DNA of 64,000 bases from an uncultured delta proteobacterium (lineage in GTDB: Bacteria; Desulfobacterota; RBG-13-43-22): positions 1 through 64,000 of the forward strand of contig CAVQFQ010000015.1 of the NCBI GenBank assembly GCA_963711835.1, read 5' to 3'. Position numbers and translations under genes: made by a program. Below, one piece after another: positions 39,177 through 48,191 of this stretch. A model generated the notes under the pieces. The model ran no database searches and was not told where the DNA came from. It was given only the letters and a program-made list of their open reading frames with translations. The stretch's first letter is position 1, and the number at the start of each line of letters is the position of its first letter.

Positions 39177-39866
39177 ATGGAACCAATTCTTCAGACCCGC
39201 CATCTCAGTAAATATTATAATGCCGGTAAATCAACGGAAGTCCGGGCCCTGGAGGATATCAATCTGATCATCCCGGCAAACGTCTTGTCGGTTCTGTACG
39301 GTCCCTCAGGTTCGGGCAAGTCCACTCTACTGGCCCTCTTGGGCACCCTGGAACGGCCTACGAGCGGAGAAATTTGCCTCCAGGGCACCGACATCACCCA
39401 ATACTCCGATGTGGGCCTGTCCCGCCTTCGGAGAAAGACCTTCGGCTTTGTTTTTCAATCCTTCCAGTTGATACCCCGTTTGCCGGCCTGGGAAAATGTG
39501 GCCTACCCCTTGATCCCGGTTGGGATAGGCCACCGGGATCGTCTCAACCGGGCTGCTCACTTGTTGGGCCAATTGGGCTTGGCCGATCGGATTCATCATA
39601 CCCCGGAGGAACTGAGCGGCGGGGAGCAGCAGCGGGTGGCCATCGCCCGGGCCCTGATCAATGATCCGGAAATCCTGATCGCTGATGAACCCACCTCCAA
39701 TATAGACGCCGAGGCCGTTGAAACCCTCTTAGGCATCCTGAATGATTTGAAACAAAATGGGAAGACGATCCTCATTGCCACCCATGACCCGGTCTTTCAG
39801 GATCTGGCTGAAGCCCTTTTTTATCTGAAAAGAGGTACATTGCAGGAGACGATGCATAGGGTCTAA
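39177..39866 (+). CDS. LolD-type ABC ATPase
   Basis: GPSGSGKST, GFVFQSFQL, LSGGEQQRVAIARAL, ADEPT. Confidence 0.92.
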   Translation: MEPILQTRHLSKYYNAGKSTEVRALEDINLIIPANVLSVLYGPSGSGKSTLLALLGTLERPTSGEICLQGTDITQYSDVGLSRLRRKTFGFVFQSFQLIPRLPAWENVAYPLIPVGIGHRDRLNRAAHLLGQLGLADRIHHTPEELSGGEQQRVAIARALINDPEILIADEPTSNIDAEAVETLLGILNDLKQNGKTILIATHDPVFQDLAEALFYLKRGTLQETMHRV

Positions 39867-39874
39867 GCAAGACC

Positions 39875-40113
39875 ATTTGATATTTTTTCTAAAGTCTTGA
39901 TGATATGGTGTTGGAGGGTCTTATTTTTTGGGTTGTCCACCCCAAAGCCATGAGTCCCGCCTGGCGGGACAGGCCACCACCCAAGCTGGAAATGAGCGTT
40001 GGTGAATGCCCTGCTCTCACTCAAACTTAGCTATTCGGGCCGGATTGGGGGCTCTTAGTCACCCTTTGGACAATTCAAAAAAATAAGACCCCCCAACGCC
40101 TGTCATTTGGAAA
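39875..40113. mobile_element. ~240-bp palindromic element, copy 1 (MITE-like or structured RNA)
   Basis: ~33-bp internal inverted repeats at 39907-39939 and 40067-40100; a homologous inverted copy lies at 41676-41934. Confidence 0.75.
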
Positions 40114-40158
40114 GATGGAGACAATTTCTCAGACTAAGTGTGATAGAATCTAAACGCT

Positions 40159-41193
40159 ATGATCCTTAATGTCTTCAGCATCACGGAAATCTTCATCGGT
40201 CTTCTCACCCTCGGGCTTACGGCCTGGGCCGGAATACACTCCTTCCGTCTTTACCTGCGCTGGAGGAAGAGGACCACCCCGGAGGAGCAGGCCCTCCTGG
40301 AAGACCGATCCTATTTGATGCTCTCGGTGGCCGTGGTGGTTCTGGTTATCCGGCTTATCAACTGGCCCCTGTTTTATCTGACCCTCCAGAGTTTCATCCC
40401 CCAGGTGAACGGGGCCATGTGCATCTTCGGAGTGACCCAGGTCAGGGAGCTATTGACCCGTTTTCTGGAGTTCATGAAACCTTTAGGGGTTTTCTTGATC
40501 GGCGCCTGGCTCCTGATGCATCACTTGGATCGGGCGACCCAAACCGGGCCGTTGCTGGGCCGGAAGCTCCTGTTCCTGTCAATACTATCGGTCATTATCC
40601 TGGTCGAAGCGGCCGGAGAAGTGGTCCTTTTTTTCACCCTTTCGCCCAGCGTTTTGGTTTCCTGTTGTACCACCGTCACGGATATCCTGGACCGGCCTTC
40701 CTCCACGGTTCCGCAATCCCTCTTGGGAGCCGGGTATAAGACCCTGCTGGAAACCGCTTTTTTTGCCCTGACCGTTTTCCTGATCGGGCTGACCGCCTTT
40801 TTAGCCTGGGTGAAAAAATGGGATCCCTGGCCGAAAGGCGGGATCCTGTTCCTGACCGGCCTGGCCCTTCTGGCGTCCCTTAATGCCCTGCTTTTTCTTC
40901 TGGTGCACATCGAAGGCTTCGCTCCCCGTTTCATGGGGCTTCCTTTTCATCACTGCCTCTATTGTCTCTGGCAGTATGTGCCGGATTCGATCGTCCTCTT
41001 CCTGCTCTTTATCCTGGGGACCATGGCCCCCGGCTGGGCCTGGATTCTGGCCTGGACCGGCCGCACAGGAGAAGCCCGGGCCTATATGCCCCGGTACATG
41101 CGGTCCCTTTTTTCCCTGGCCGCCCTGAGCCTGGCCGCCTCCGTCGTCATGATCCTGCTGCATCTTTATTTTTCGTCTCCAGGGAAGCTATGA
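40159..41193 (+). CDS. Polytopic membrane protein with Cys/His loops
   Basis: About 9 TMs; GAMCIFG, VSCCTT and HHCLYC lie in alternate loops. Confidence 0.8.
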   Translation: MILNVFSITEIFIGLLTLGLTAWAGIHSFRLYLRWRKRTTPEEQALLEDRSYLMLSVAVVVLVIRLINWPLFYLTLQSFIPQVNGAMCIFGVTQVRELLTRFLEFMKPLGVFLIGAWLLMHHLDRATQTGPLLGRKLLFLSILSVIILVEAAGEVVLFFTLSPSVLVSCCTTVTDILDRPSSTVPQSLLGAGYKTLLETAFFALTVFLIGLTAFLAWVKKWDPWPKGGILFLTGLALLASLNALLFLLVHIEGFAPRFMGLPFHHCLYCLWQYVPDSIVLFLLFILGTMAPGWAWILAWTGRTGEARAYMPRYMRSLFSLAALSLAASVVMILLHLYFSSPGKL

Positions 41194-41639
41194 ATAGAAA
41201 AAAGATGATTTGGGGAGCAGTTCTCTTTGCAGCGGTAATCGGGATTGCCCTCTGGGGGAGCCTGTCTCGGGTGGAAAACCAAGACCGGGTGACTGCGGAG
41301 CGGTGTGATTTTGACGGCACCTTGCTTCGGACTCCCTACCGGGTTGAAATCATCCGGACCGACCGGCAGAAAAAAAAGTTCTGCTCCCTTTATTGTGCGG
41401 CCCAGTGGCATCGGCTAAACCCCGGGGTGGCGGCCGAAATCCTGGTGGCGGATGAAACCTCCGGCAAAACCATCGATTCCCGGCAGGCCGTCTATGTCCG
41501 CAGCCGGGTCATCTCGGTCCCGGAGGTGAAAAATGACCTCCATGCCTTCGCCGGAATGGAAGAGGCCCAGATTCATGCCCGGCAATACCAGGGCCGGATC
41601 GTCCCAAATCCCTTTTCGATGAAAAGCCCGGGCGAATAG
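41190..41639 (+). CDS. Second NosL-family protein, membrane anchored
   Basis: N-terminal TM; RCDFDG, KFCSLYC, VADETSGKTIDSRQAVYVRS, AF..EEA..YQG. Confidence 0.75.
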   Translation: MNRKKMIWGAVLFAAVIGIALWGSLSRVENQDRVTAERCDFDGTLLRTPYRVEIIRTDRQKKKFCSLYCAAQWHRLNPGVAAEILVADETSGKTIDSRQAVYVRSRVISVPEVKNDLHAFAGMEEAQIHARQYQGRIVPNPFSMKSPGE

Positions 41640-41675
41640 ATTCTCACAACTTTACCCTGAGAATTTATTTCTGAC

Positions 41676-41934
41676 TTTCCAAAATTAGGTGTAGGGGGCC
41701 TTATTTTTTATGTTGTCCAAAGGGTAACTAAGAGCCCCTAGTCCGGCCCGAATAACTAAGTTTAGTTTATAGCAGGGCATTCACCCCAGCCCATTTCCAG
41801 CCTGGGTGTAGGCCTGCTGCCAAAACACTATCCGATTTTGGCCCGGCAAAGAAGCTTACGGCTCGGGGGTGGACAACTTAAAAAATAAGGCCCCCCTACA
41901 CCATTTCATCAGAACTTTAAAAAAAAATTCAAAT
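41676..41934. mobile_element. ~260-bp palindromic element, copy 2 (inverted relative to copy 1)
   Basis: Internal inverted repeats at 41688-41719 and 41870-41902; interior aligns with copy 1 (GCTGGAAATG, GGTGAATGCCCTGCT, TATTCGGGCCGGA, GGGGCTCTTAGT). Confidence 0.75.
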
Positions 41935-41998
41935 ATCTTTGGTTAGGTTTTTGAATGGGATCTTTCGGGAATCATTTGATTTGAAGGGATAAAAAATA

Positions 41999-43057
41999 GT
42001 GGAAACCCAACCTGACAAAAAATGGGTCTTTTTCGGCTGTCCCCTGGACTGTGATGAGCGTTACGAGGCCATTGAAGAGAAGCGGACCATAGAAAAAAAA
42101 GAAGGGAGGATTGAAGACCCCTATGAAGGAATAATGGAAATCATCCGCCGGGAGGTCGATCCAACCCTCTGGATTGAGAAAGGGTCTCTGTCTGTACCCG
42201 GCCGACTGCTGCCCTTCCCTCCTGTTGAAGCCCGGGAAAACATTTCCACCGCAGAAGCGGTGGCCTTCCTGGATCGGGACGGCTGCCGGGATTATGCCGA
42301 CCAGGTGGGGACCTTCATGGCCAGGGAGATCTTACCCGACCTTCCCTGCCTCCTGGCGGTCGATCATTCCTTGACCGGCGGGGCCTATCGCCAATTATCC
42401 GAAAACTGTCATCCGGAAGAAATTTCCCTGATCGTCCTGGACTCGCATACCGATGCCCTGCCCATGGACCTGCTGGCCGGGATCATCCAGTATGATCTGG
42501 AAACCAATCCCCAGACCCTCTATGATCCGGACGATCCCTTTATCCGGAACCGGTTTGATTCCTATAATGCCAGCTCTTTTCTCAACCACCTTCTCGAAAA
42601 CGGGTCCATCAAGCCCCGGAATCTTTTTCTCCTCGGTATCAGCGACTATCCCCCCAAACAGGCCTTCCGCAACAAGGACCTGAGGGTCAAGCGCTACAGG
42701 GATCATTTCCTCAAGCTTAAAGACAGGGGCGTGACCCTCCTGACCAAAAGCGACCTGGTCCTCAACACTTCCAAGGTTAAGAGTGTCCTGAAACAGATCA
42801 AGACTCCCCTCCTTTATGTCTCCATTGACCTGGACATCGGGGCCGGCAATGCCCTGCAGGGGGTGCGCTTCCTGGACCGCCAGGGCCTCAATGAGCCGCA
42901 GCTTTTTCGGGTCGTGGGCTATCTGAGGGACTTGTTGGGTAGAGGGATGAAATTAGCCGGGATGGACCTGACCGAAATCAATGCCCGCCAAGCAGGCCAA
43001 GATCAAACCTACCGGATTGCCGCCGATATCGTTAAAAAGCTTCTTTGGGGAGACTAA
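41999..43057 (+). CDS. Arginase/ureohydrolase-family protein, divergent
   Basis: Metal-ligand motifs AVDHS, LDSHTD, SIDLDI and DLTEIN. Confidence 0.78.
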   Translation: METQPDKKWVFFGCPLDCDERYEAIEEKRTIEKKEGRIEDPYEGIMEIIRREVDPTLWIEKGSLSVPGRLLPFPPVEARENISTAEAVAFLDRDGCRDYADQVGTFMAREILPDLPCLLAVDHSLTGGAYRQLSENCHPEEISLIVLDSHTDALPMDLLAGIIQYDLETNPQTLYDPDDPFIRNRFDSYNASSFLNHLLENGSIKPRNLFLLGISDYPPKQAFRNKDLRVKRYRDHFLKLKDRGVTLLTKSDLVLNTSKVKSVLKQIKTPLLYVSIDLDIGAGNALQGVRFLDRQGLNEPQLFRVVGYLRDLLGRGMKLAGMDLTEINARQAGQDQTYRIAADIVKKLLWGD

Positions 43058-43105
43058 CTGAAGATTTTTCTTGCCTTTAATCTCCACCCTGCTATCATTT
43101 TAAAC

Positions 43106-43215
43106 GGTGGGCAGTGACTACCGAACCAAATACCGGGAAGGGACTTGGCCCCGGGGCGTCTGGAACTAATCCTGATCATCAGGAGCGCCGTCTCACTTGT
43201 TGCGCTGCCCACCAT
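43106..43215 (+). ncRNA. Candidate structured RNA upstream of typA (family not recognised)
   Basis: Promoter TTGCCT-16-TATCAT just upstream; closing helix GGTGGGCAGTG/CGCTGCCCACC; two inner hairpins; U-rich tail. Confidence 0.4.
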
Positions 43216-43221
43216 TTCTAT

Positions 43222-43389
43222 TTTTTCACCGCCCACTCGTCACGCCCCAGCGTGACTCATTCGAGCCGTAAAGATTGCTAAGAAAAGAGATCGTTTTACT
43301 TTCCACCCTCTCTGCGGAAAGTAAAAAATATTCTTCTTCTTTGCGTCCTCAGCGCCTGGCTGCCCCAGGCAGGTCTTTGCGGTGAAAAC
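43222..43389. repeat. Nested palindromic intergenic element
   Basis: TTTTCACCGC...GCGGTGAAAA ends; inner TTTTACTTTCC...GGAAAGTAAAA. Confidence 0.55.
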
Positions 43390-43416
43390 TATTTTTTTTA
43401 GGCTAATACAACTTCT

Positions 43417-45201
43417 ATGAATACACGTCAGGATTTGCGCAATTTAGCCATCATTGCCCATGTGGATCACGGCAAGACCACTTTGGTGGATGCCATGCTC
43501 TGGCAGAGCGGTGTCTTCCGGGAAAACCAGCAGGTAGCCGAGCGGGTCATGGACAGCCTGGACCTGGAGCGCGAAAAAGGCATCACCATCATGGCCAAGA
43601 ATACGGCCGTCGTATATCGAGGGGTAAAAATAAATATCGTCGACACGCCCGGTCATGCCGACTTCGGCGGGGAGGTGGAACGGACCCTGAACATGGTGGA
43701 CGGGGTCCTGCTTTTAGTCGATGCCACAGAAGGTCCTCTGCCGCAAACCCGCTTTGTCCTGGGCAAGGCCCTGGAAAAAGGACTTCCTCCCATTGTGGTC
43801 ATCAATAAAATCGACCGCCCTGACCGCCGCATCAACGCCGTTCTGGACGAAATTTACGACCTCTTTATCGATCTGGAAGCCAGTGAAGACCAGCTTGACT
43901 TCCCGGTCCTTTATACCAATGCCCGGGCCGGGATCGCCTTGAACGATCCGGCCGGACAGGGCAACGACCTGGTCCCTCTCTTTGAAGCCATCTTGGAGTC
44001 TGTTCCGGCCCCGGACTGCGACCCGGAAGCCCCGTTGCAGTTTTTGATCACCAACCTCGATTACAGCGACTATGTGGGGCGGATTGCCGTGGGCAAGGTG
44101 GTCAGCGGTCAATTGCGGCCCCGTCAGGAAGTAGCCCTTCTCAAAGAAGGAAAATTAGCCGGTCTGGCCCTTCTCAGCCAGATTTATACCTATGAAGGGC
44201 TTACCCGGAAGGAGCAGGACCTCATCGAGGCCGGGGATATCGCCGCTGTGGCCGGGGTGGCCGAGGCCTTTATCGGCGACACCCTAGGAGATCCCTTGGA
44301 TCCCAGACCTCTACCCACGATTACCGTGGAAGAACCCACCCTTTCCATGATCTTCTCCGTCAATACCTCACCCCTGGCCGGCAAGGAAGGCCGCCTCCTG
44401 ACTTCCCGCCATATTAAGGAACGCCTGGACAAAGAGCTGCTCTATAATGTCAGCATCGGGGTCGAAGAAGCGGAACATCGGGATTCGTTTAAAGTCAACG
44501 CCCGCGGGGAACTGCAACTGGCGGTGCTGGTGGAAATGATGCGCCGGGAGGGTTTTGAACTTTCTCTTTCAAAACCCATAATAATTACCCGTGAAATGGA
44601 AGGCCGGCTCATGGAACCTCTGGAACTGGCGGTGGTGGATATCCCGGAACAGTATGTGGGGGTGGTCAGCGAGAAGTTGAGCGCCCGCCGGGGGCGGATG
44701 ACCAAGATAATCAATCACGGCTCCGGCCGGGTGCGCTTGGAATTCGAGATCCCTTCCCGGGGACTGATCGGCTTACGAAGCCAGTTTCTGACCGATACCC
44801 GGGGCACCGGGCTGTTTAACGCCCTGGTGACCGGCTTCACGCCCTATGCCGGCGCCATCCCTTCCCGGCCAAACGGGGTCCTGGTTTCCGACCGTGCCGG
44901 CAAGGCCGTGGCCTATGCCATTTTTCACCTCCAGCCCCGGGGCACCATCTTTGTCAATCCCGGAGACCCGGTCTATGCCGGTCTGATCGTCGGTGAAAAT
45001 TCGCGGCCTGAAGACCTAAGGGTAAACATCACCAAGGAAAAGAAACTGACCAATATCCGGGCCGCCAACACCGACGAGGCCCTGCGCCTGGTTCCCCCGC
45101 GCCGCTTTACCCTGGAACAGGCCATGGAATATATCAACGACGATGAACAGGTCGAAGTCACCCCCCAGTCCATCCGCCTGCGAAAAATGAAGACCCGTTA
45201 A
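43417..45201 (+). CDS. typA: Translational GTPase TypA/BipA
   Basis: [49 protein letters not shown]. Confidence 0.97.
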   Translation: MNTRQDLRNLAIIAHVDHGKTTLVDAMLWQSGVFRENQQVAERVMDSLDLEREKGITIMAKNTAVVYRGVKINIVDTPGHADFGGEVERTLNMVDGVLLLVDATEGPLPQTRFVLGKALEKGLPPIVVINKIDRPDRRINAVLDEIYDLFIDLEASEDQLDFPVLYTNARAGIALNDPAGQGNDLVPLFEAILESVPAPDCDPEAPLQFLITNLDYSDYVGRIAVGKVVSGQLRPRQEVALLKEGKLAGLALLSQIYTYEGLTRKEQDLIEAGDIAAVAGVAEAFIGDTLGDPLDPRPLPTITVEEPTLSMIFSVNTSPLAGKEGRLLTSRHIKERLDKELLYNVSIGVEEAEHRDSFKVNARGELQLAVLVEMMRREGFELSLSKPIIITREMEGRLMEPLELAVVDIPEQYVGVVSEKLSARRGRMTKIINHGSGRVRLEFEIPSRGLIGLRSQFLTDTRGTGLFNALVTGFTPYAGAIPSRPNGVLVSDRAGKAVAYAIFHLQPRGTIFVNPGDPVYAGLIVGENSRPEDLRVNITKEKKLTNIRAANTDEALRLVPPRRFTLEQAMEYINDDEQVEVTPQSIRLRKMKTR

Positions 45202-45336
45202 AGTGACAGCCGCGCAACTACCCATTTCATTTTCAATTCGACGCCTCTGAAGAGGACACCCCCCAAGATCTCCAATGCCTTCCTGCACCCTAATCTTTGT
45301 TGACATATTGATGTCTCTTATGGTATGTCTTTATGT

Positions 45337-45576
45337 ATGAGAACAACGGTTAGAATAAAGGACGATCTTCTTCGGCGGGCAAAAAAACGCGCCACCGATG
45401 AAGGACGCACCCTCACGTCGTTGATCGAAGATGGGCTGACTCTCATGCTGACCAAATCGAAGGGCAACCGAAGGAAGCGGGTTAAGTTGCCTGTTTCTAA
45501 AGCTTCCGGTGGGGTTCTTCCAGGGGTTGACCTTAACCGATCCGCTGACCTGGAAGAGGTCATGAATAGACCGTGA
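45337..45576 (+). CDS. vapB: VapB-type antitoxin (RHH)
   Basis: MRTTVRIKDDLLRRAKKRA; overlaps the PIN toxin gene. Confidence 0.85.
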   Translation: MRTTVRIKDDLLRRAKKRATDEGRTLTSLIEDGLTLMLTKSKGNRRKRVKLPVSKASGGVLPGVDLNRSADLEEVMNRP

Positions 45577-45998
45577 TTCTTCCTGATGTCAATATCCTGG
45601 TCCAGGCCTTCCGATCCGATGCTTCCCATCATACGCTCTGCCGAAATTGGCTCGATGGCGTAGTCAACGGCGAAGCGCGTTACGGGTTGGCCCCCCAGGT
45701 TTTAAGCGGTGTAATCCGCATTACCACTCATCCCAAGGTGTTTGCCAAACCGAGCAACCTGGATGAGGTGCTCGAGTTTTGTGAAATCTTGTTGAATCAA
45801 CCTCACTGTATGGTTATCCAACCGGGCGAGCGGCATTGGGAAATATTTGCCCGCCTTTGCCTCGAAGCGGACGCCCGCGGCAACCTGGTGCCGGATGCCT
45901 GGCTGGCGGCGCTGGCCATCGAGTCAGGCTGTGAATGGGTTACCCTCGATCGTGATTATGCCAGATTCCCGGGTCTTCACTGGCGCCTGCCCACCTAA
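45573..45998 (+). CDS. vapC: VapC PIN-domain toxin
   Basis: MILPDVNILV, GNLVPDAWLAALAIE, TLDRDYARF. Confidence 0.92.
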   Translation: MILPDVNILVQAFRSDASHHTLCRNWLDGVVNGEARYGLAPQVLSGVIRITTHPKVFAKPSNLDEVLEFCEILLNQPHCMVIQPGERHWEIFARLCLEADARGNLVPDAWLAALAIESGCEWVTLDRDYARFPGLHWRLPT

Positions 45999-46139
45999 AA
46001 CCTACTTCACTCAGTAACTGCGTCTGCCAGCAGGATTATCAGTCCTGGCAGAAAAAAAAGAACCATCTGCTAAAATGTGTAAGGGAAAGGCTTAAGTTAG
46101 GAGGTCACACCGGGACAACTGAACGCTCTCTTTAAAAGC

Positions 46140-46751
46140 ATGGATTTCGTCAACAATAACTTTCTAGACAATGAGAAAATGGGCAAAAAAGAGTTTCAGG
46201 TTTTCTTCAACATCTATCAACAGCTCGGGTTGGCCTGGGAATTTTTAGGCTTGCAGTGCAAGCACTGGGATGGATACAAAAAAACGAGGGATAAGAAGGA
46301 AGCCTGCAAAATATGCGGAAAAGTCAAAGGGGCCGATGGCTTCCATATCCTGCTACCCAAAAAGGGGCCCAAAAAATTAGGAGTGAAGTTGAAACCCAAT
46401 TCCAAAAAAACTTTTGAAACCCAAAAAGATGCGGAGATCGTTAATGATACAATTGATTTTTATGGGGCTTTGGTAAACGTGGATGTACACAACTCCTATA
46501 AATCGAGCGCATTCGGAAAAGGGATTAATATGGCTGCGGAGAGGATCGTTAACATAAAAGAAAATAACGTCGAATGTCATATTGACGACCATCTTATTCA
46601 TATAAGACTACATGATAAGGATAGGAGGCCTGGAGGAAAAAGATACGGTGGGTTCCCATGGGAGATAAGAAGGAAGGATTTGAAGCATTTCCCAGTTATT
46701 TTTGATTTTGATGAAAAATATAGATTTTTGGGGCTGACGATTTTAAAGTAA
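46140..46751 (+). CDS. Low-GC hypothetical protein with a CxH...CxxC putative Zn site
   Basis: 203-aa AT-rich ORF; CKHWDG, CKICG. Confidence 0.7.
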   Translation: MDFVNNNFLDNEKMGKKEFQVFFNIYQQLGLAWEFLGLQCKHWDGYKKTRDKKEACKICGKVKGADGFHILLPKKGPKKLGVKLKPNSKKTFETQKDAEIVNDTIDFYGALVNVDVHNSYKSSAFGKGINMAAERIVNIKENNVECHIDDHLIHIRLHDKDRRPGGKRYGGFPWEIRRKDLKHFPVIFDFDEKYRFLGLTILK

Positions 46752-46860
46752 TTTGCCTCCAATGCCCATAATGGCAGATAACAGAGTGCTTGAGGTTAAC
46801 ACCCAAAGGTTTCATCTTTTTTTTGTTTTAATTATTCAATAATCCTAATGGGAGGAGAAA

Positions 46861-47097
46861 ATGAGCAAAACAGCAACTATTAAAGAGGAGAAGATCCTTG
46901 CTGATTTTGGAAGACTCTCAAAAAAACGTAAAAAAGAGGTAGCTGACTTTGTTACCTATCTCAAGGTAAAAGAGGAACTCGAAGCAACAAAAGAGATTAT
47001 TAAGGATAAAGATTTCTTAGCCAGTATCATGAGAGGCGACGAGGATTTTAGGGTGGGCCGGGTCAAAAAGTGGTCTGAGGTTAGAGAAGATGTATGA
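46861..47097 (+). CDS. Antitoxin paired with a RelE toxin
   Basis: RBS; SIMRGDEDFRVGRVKKWSEV; overlaps the relE-like gene. Confidence 0.75.
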   Translation: MSKTATIKEEKILADFGRLSKKRKKEVADFVTYLKVKEELEATKEIIKDKDFLASIMRGDEDFRVGRVKKWSEVREDV

Positions 47098-47353
47098 AGT
47101 CCTTGTCTCCCACGAGGCTGACAAATACTATAAAAAACAGAATAGAGATACAAAGCAAAGGATAAACAAGTGTATCGATAATCTCAGCCGAGAGCCGCTT
47201 TTCGGTCCTCATATCAAAAAGTTGCACGGCGAACTCGAAGGGAAACACCGATATGAGGTCGGTGGTATCAGAATGGTTTACGAAGTTAACACCAAATTTA
47301 AGACTGTAGAAATAAAGGCGATTAGAAATCGCGGCGATGTTTATAAAAGATAG
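47090..47353 (+). CDS. RelE/ParE-family toxin
   Basis: IKKLHGELEG..RYEVGGIRMVYEV...RGDVYK. Confidence 0.85.
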   Translation: MYEVLVSHEADKYYKKQNRDTKQRINKCIDNLSREPLFGPHIKKLHGELEGKHRYEVGGIRMVYEVNTKFKTVEIKAIRNRGDVYKR

Positions 47354-47564
47354 ATTTTTCCTGCCCGCACCGACAGATAACACCAGATTAGCGTCTGCAC
47401 CCTTCGGAAAATCCCGATCTTCATTGTTGATATTCCTCGGACAGATATTAGGATTATTTCCCGAGCCCTTCCTTCTCCAAATGACACCTTCTCCAAAAAC
47501 AGTTGACAAAATCATAAATGCTATATAATCTGAATATACGAATTTCAGATTAGGAGAGGATCGT

Positions 47565-47834
47565 ATGATAACTCAGTTACGAAACAGGTCGCAGGTAACT
47601 TTACCGAGTGAAATCGTGAAAAAAATGAGATTGCAGGAAGGTGATAATCTGGATATTGCTTTGGAGGACGACAAAATCATTATCAAACCCGTTCTGGTGA
47701 TAGATAGATCTCAGTCCTGGTTTTGGTCTAAGAAATGGCAGGAGATGGAAAAGGAAGCCGATAATGATATTAAGCAGGGCAGAGTCCAGAAAGCCAAAAA
47801 CGTTAAAGAATTAATACAGAAGTTGGGCTCATAA
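47565..47834 (+). CDS. AbrB/MazE-family antitoxin
   Basis: SQVTLPSEIVKKMRLQEGD, QSWFWSKKWQEMEKEAD. Confidence 0.87.
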   Translation: MITQLRNRSQVTLPSEIVKKMRLQEGDNLDIALEDDKIIIKPVLVIDRSQSWFWSKKWQEMEKEADNDIKQGRVQKAKNVKELIQKLGS

Positions 47835-47837
47835 GGC

Positions 47838-48098
47838 ATGGAATTCAAATTTACTGCCCGGTTTAAAAAATCCTATAAAAAGCTTGCTAAAGATGACCAA
47901 CAGACAACTCAAAAGAAACTCGCCTTGATGAGCAACAATCCTCACCATCCTTCCTTGAGAAATAAAAAGGTTCAAGGGACCGACAGGATCTTTGAGTGCA
48001 GTATCACCCTGTCGATTCGGATGACCTGGGAGTACGAAAACGAAGCGATACTCCTGCGCGTTGTCGGAAACCATGATGACGTTCTGAAAAACCCATAA
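47838..48098 (+). CDS. RelE/YafQ-like toxin
   Basis: TARFKKSYKKL, NPHHPSLR.KKVQG, LRVVGNHD. Confidence 0.82.
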   Translation: MEFKFTARFKKSYKKLAKDDQQTTQKKLALMSNNPHHPSLRNKKVQGTDRIFECSITLSIRMTWEYENEAILLRVVGNHDDVLKNP

Positions 48099-48191
48099 CG
48101 ATTTCAACCGCTGCCGGCAGACAACAACGACGTAAATGGTCGGATCAAAACTAATAGTTTTGCATAAACGCCACACTTTAGGAATATAGAA

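Noticed and set aside
37156-41639. Nitrous oxide reductase (nos) cluster
   Set aside because: No nosZ, nosD or nosR, and the ABC is FtsX/LolD type rather than NosFY
43109-43214. tRNA, tRNA-Sec, tmRNA, SRP RNA or SAM-I riboswitch
   Set aside because: Acceptor-like ends are present, but there is no T-loop, anticodon arm, SRP core or SAM-binding core; kept only as an unclassified RNA candidate
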